Part shown: positions 60,281 to 64,000 of the stretch, piece by piece
Layout: the number at the start of each line of letters is the position of its first letter
Numbering within the stretch: position 1 is the first letter of the stretch
Source of the DNA: the human T2T-CHM13v2.0 reference genome, Homo sapiens
NCBI RefSeq assembly: GCF_009914755.1
Contig: NC_060928.1
Length of the DNA: 64,000 bases
Strand: one strand, 5' to 3'
Translations under genes and position numbers: made by a program
The notes under the pieces: generated by a model
The model's input: the letters and a program-made list of their open reading frames with translations, nothing else
Told to the model about the DNA's origin: nothing
Databases searched by the model: none

Positions 60281-60560
60281 CAGTGTGATGTTTCAGTACA
60301 TGTATTCATTATATAATGATCAAATCAGGGTAAATTAACAAATCCATCACCTGAAACATTTATCATTTCTTGTGATGAGACTATTCAAAATCCTTTCTTG
60401 TAGCTGTTTTGAAGTATGTAATACAATGTTGTTAATTACAGTCACCTTACTGGGCATTAGAACAGCAGAACTTATTCTGCTTCTCTAACTGTAACTTGAT
60501 GTTCCTGTTGAATAACCTTTCCCTTTTCCTCCTCACCCTCCCTACTCTCTCCAGCCGCTG
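60281..60560 (-). mobile_element. L1MA-type 3'-end fragment
   Basis: aatgatcaaatcagggtaa..ccatcacctgaaacatttatcatttct..agaacttattc. Confidence 0.75.
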
Positions 60561-61489
60561 TGGAACTGTTTTCTCAGTTGCATTTTTAAGTGTTTGTTGC
60601 ACAGTTGATTTTATCTTGTATCCTGCAACCTTACTGAACTCATTTATTAATTCTAATAGTTTTTTTAGTGGATTCCATTAGATTTTCTATAAGATCATAT
60701 TGTTTGCAAATAGAGGTGATTTTACTTCTTCCTTTCCAGTCATATGCCTTTTATTTCTTTTTCTTGCCTATTTGCCCTGGCTAGAACTTCCCAGACAATA
60801 TTGAAAGAAATTGTAAGAGCAGACATCCTTGTCTTCGTCCTGATCTTAGTGGAAAAGCTTTCAGCCTTTCACCATTAAGTATGAATTTGGCTGTGGCTTT
60901 TTCATAGATGTCCTTTATCAGAATAAGGAAAAGCTCTTCTTTTCCAAGTTTGTTGACTGCTTTTCATCATTAAAGGCCGTTGGATTTGTAAAATGCCTTT
61001 GTTGCATCTGTTGAGATGGTCATGTGGTTTTTGTTCTTTATTCAATTGATATAATTTATTAATTGATTTTCAAGTATTAAACCAACCCTGCATTCCTAGG
61101 ATAAATCTCACTTGGTCATAGTGTAGATCCTTTGTATGTTGTTGGACTCAGTTTGCTAGTATTCCATTCAGGATTTTCGTGTCTGTATTCATAGTATTCT
61201 TGTGATAGCTTTGGTTTTTATCACGCTAATTCTGGCCTCATAGTATGAGTTAGAAAGCATTCTACCTTCTGGAAGAGTTTGAGAATAATTTGTATTAATT
61301 CTTCTGTAAACGTTTCATAGAATTCACAAGTGAAGCCATCCAGTCCTGTACTTTTTTGTGTGTGGAATTTTTTGTTTACAGATTCTATCTCTGTACTTCA
61401 GTCTATTTAGACTTAGAAGTATTGCTTTTTGAGTCTGTTATTAGGTAAAGTAAATTTAGCATTTACCTTTAGCATTGCATTGCATCTTT

Positions 61490-62410
61490 CTGTTCAACTG
61501 AACCTTTTATCATTATAAAATGTTCCTTTTTATTGCTAGCAATACCTCTTGTTTTAAAATCTACTTTGTCTGGTGTTAGTAAAGCTACATATCAGCCTTT
61601 TTGGGTTAGTGTTTGCATGATTTATCTTTTTTCATCCTTTTACTTTCAACCTTTCTGAGATATTATATTTAAAGTATTCTACTTATAAGCAGTATGTAGT
61701 TGGTTTTGTTTCATTATCCAGTCTTAAAATCTTCATCTTTTAATTGAAATATTTAACTCATTTACTTTTAATGCTATTATTGATATATTTGGGTTTGATC
61801 CTATTATCTTCCTATTTGTTTTCTTTTAATTCCATCTTTATTCTTTTTCTTCCTTGTTTTGAATTATTTTTAAATTTTCATTTTCCCCTCTACTAGATCT
61901 GCAGTCTTTTATTTTTTGCAGTTTCCCTGGAGATTATAGCATGAGTTCTTAACTTATTAAAAACTACCATGAATTCCTTTACTTTTTCCCAGACAATGCA
62001 AAGATTTTCAAAGACTTTAACTCCATTTTATTCCCTTTCCTCCTTCTCTGCTATTATTGTCATATATTTTGAATCTCACAAGATAGTATTATTGTTTCAT
62101 TGACAGTTAGTATTCATTCAGATTTCCTCACGTTTTTACCCTTTTGTTATATTTTATTTCCTTCTGCATTATTGTGCTTCCATTTGAGACATTTTGCTTC
62201 TGCTCAAAGAATTCCCTTTAATATTTCTTTTAGTATAGACCTGTTAGTTATCTATTTCAACTTCATTTGTGAAGGATAGTTTTTTTGCTGCATATTCAGA
62301 ATTCTAGGTCTGCCGTTATTTCTTTGAACGTATTAAAAATACCATTTTATTGTCATCTAGCTTCCATTGATTCTGTTGAGCTTTTGGAGGACAACTTAAT
62401 TGTTAGTTCA
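61490..62410 (-). mobile_element. Old L1 (ORF1/ORF2 junction region)
   Basis: ccttttatcattataaaatg, ttttttcatccttttactttcaacc, ttcatttgtgaaggatagtttt. Confidence 0.65.
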
Positions 62411-62424
62411 TACAGCATCATTTC

Positions 62425-64000
<1,576 letters not shown>

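Overview
Human (or great-ape) genomic DNA lying entirely inside the Hippo-pathway scaffold gene WWC2 (KIBRA/WWC1 paralogue), on the + strand. Twelve consecutive GT-AG coding exons (25650-56694) splice into one uninterrupted frame: coiled-coil region, Ser-rich region and C2 domain. I number them exons 5-16 from memory of the WWC2 protein. The first ~25 kb (intron 4) and last ~7 kb (intron 16) are dense in transposons: old L1, Alu, MLT1/MLT2/MER57 LTRs, MER30/MER44/MER58/Tigger3a DNA elements, L2/MIR, and a young L1PA2-like copy. The middle is transposon-poor. I found no unknown gene or novel multi-gene system. The most notable unexplained structures are: (i) a composite insertion in intron 16 with an 83-bp, ~93%-identical inverted copy of neighbouring DNA, a fold-back hairpin and an 8-bp flanking direct repeat; (ii) an antisense U13 (SNORD13) retrocopy; (iii) a transposon-free intron-9 block with a candidate intronic poly(A) site, a TEAD motif cluster, AP-1 sites, a 162-nt AG-free YGCY tract and a CTCF motif; (iv) cryptic or duplicated splice acceptors at exons 11 and 15; (v) minus-strand splice and poly(A) signals suggesting an antisense lncRNA around exon 5. 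Repeat subfamily names come from visual recognition of consensus sequences, and old-repeat boundaries are approximate.
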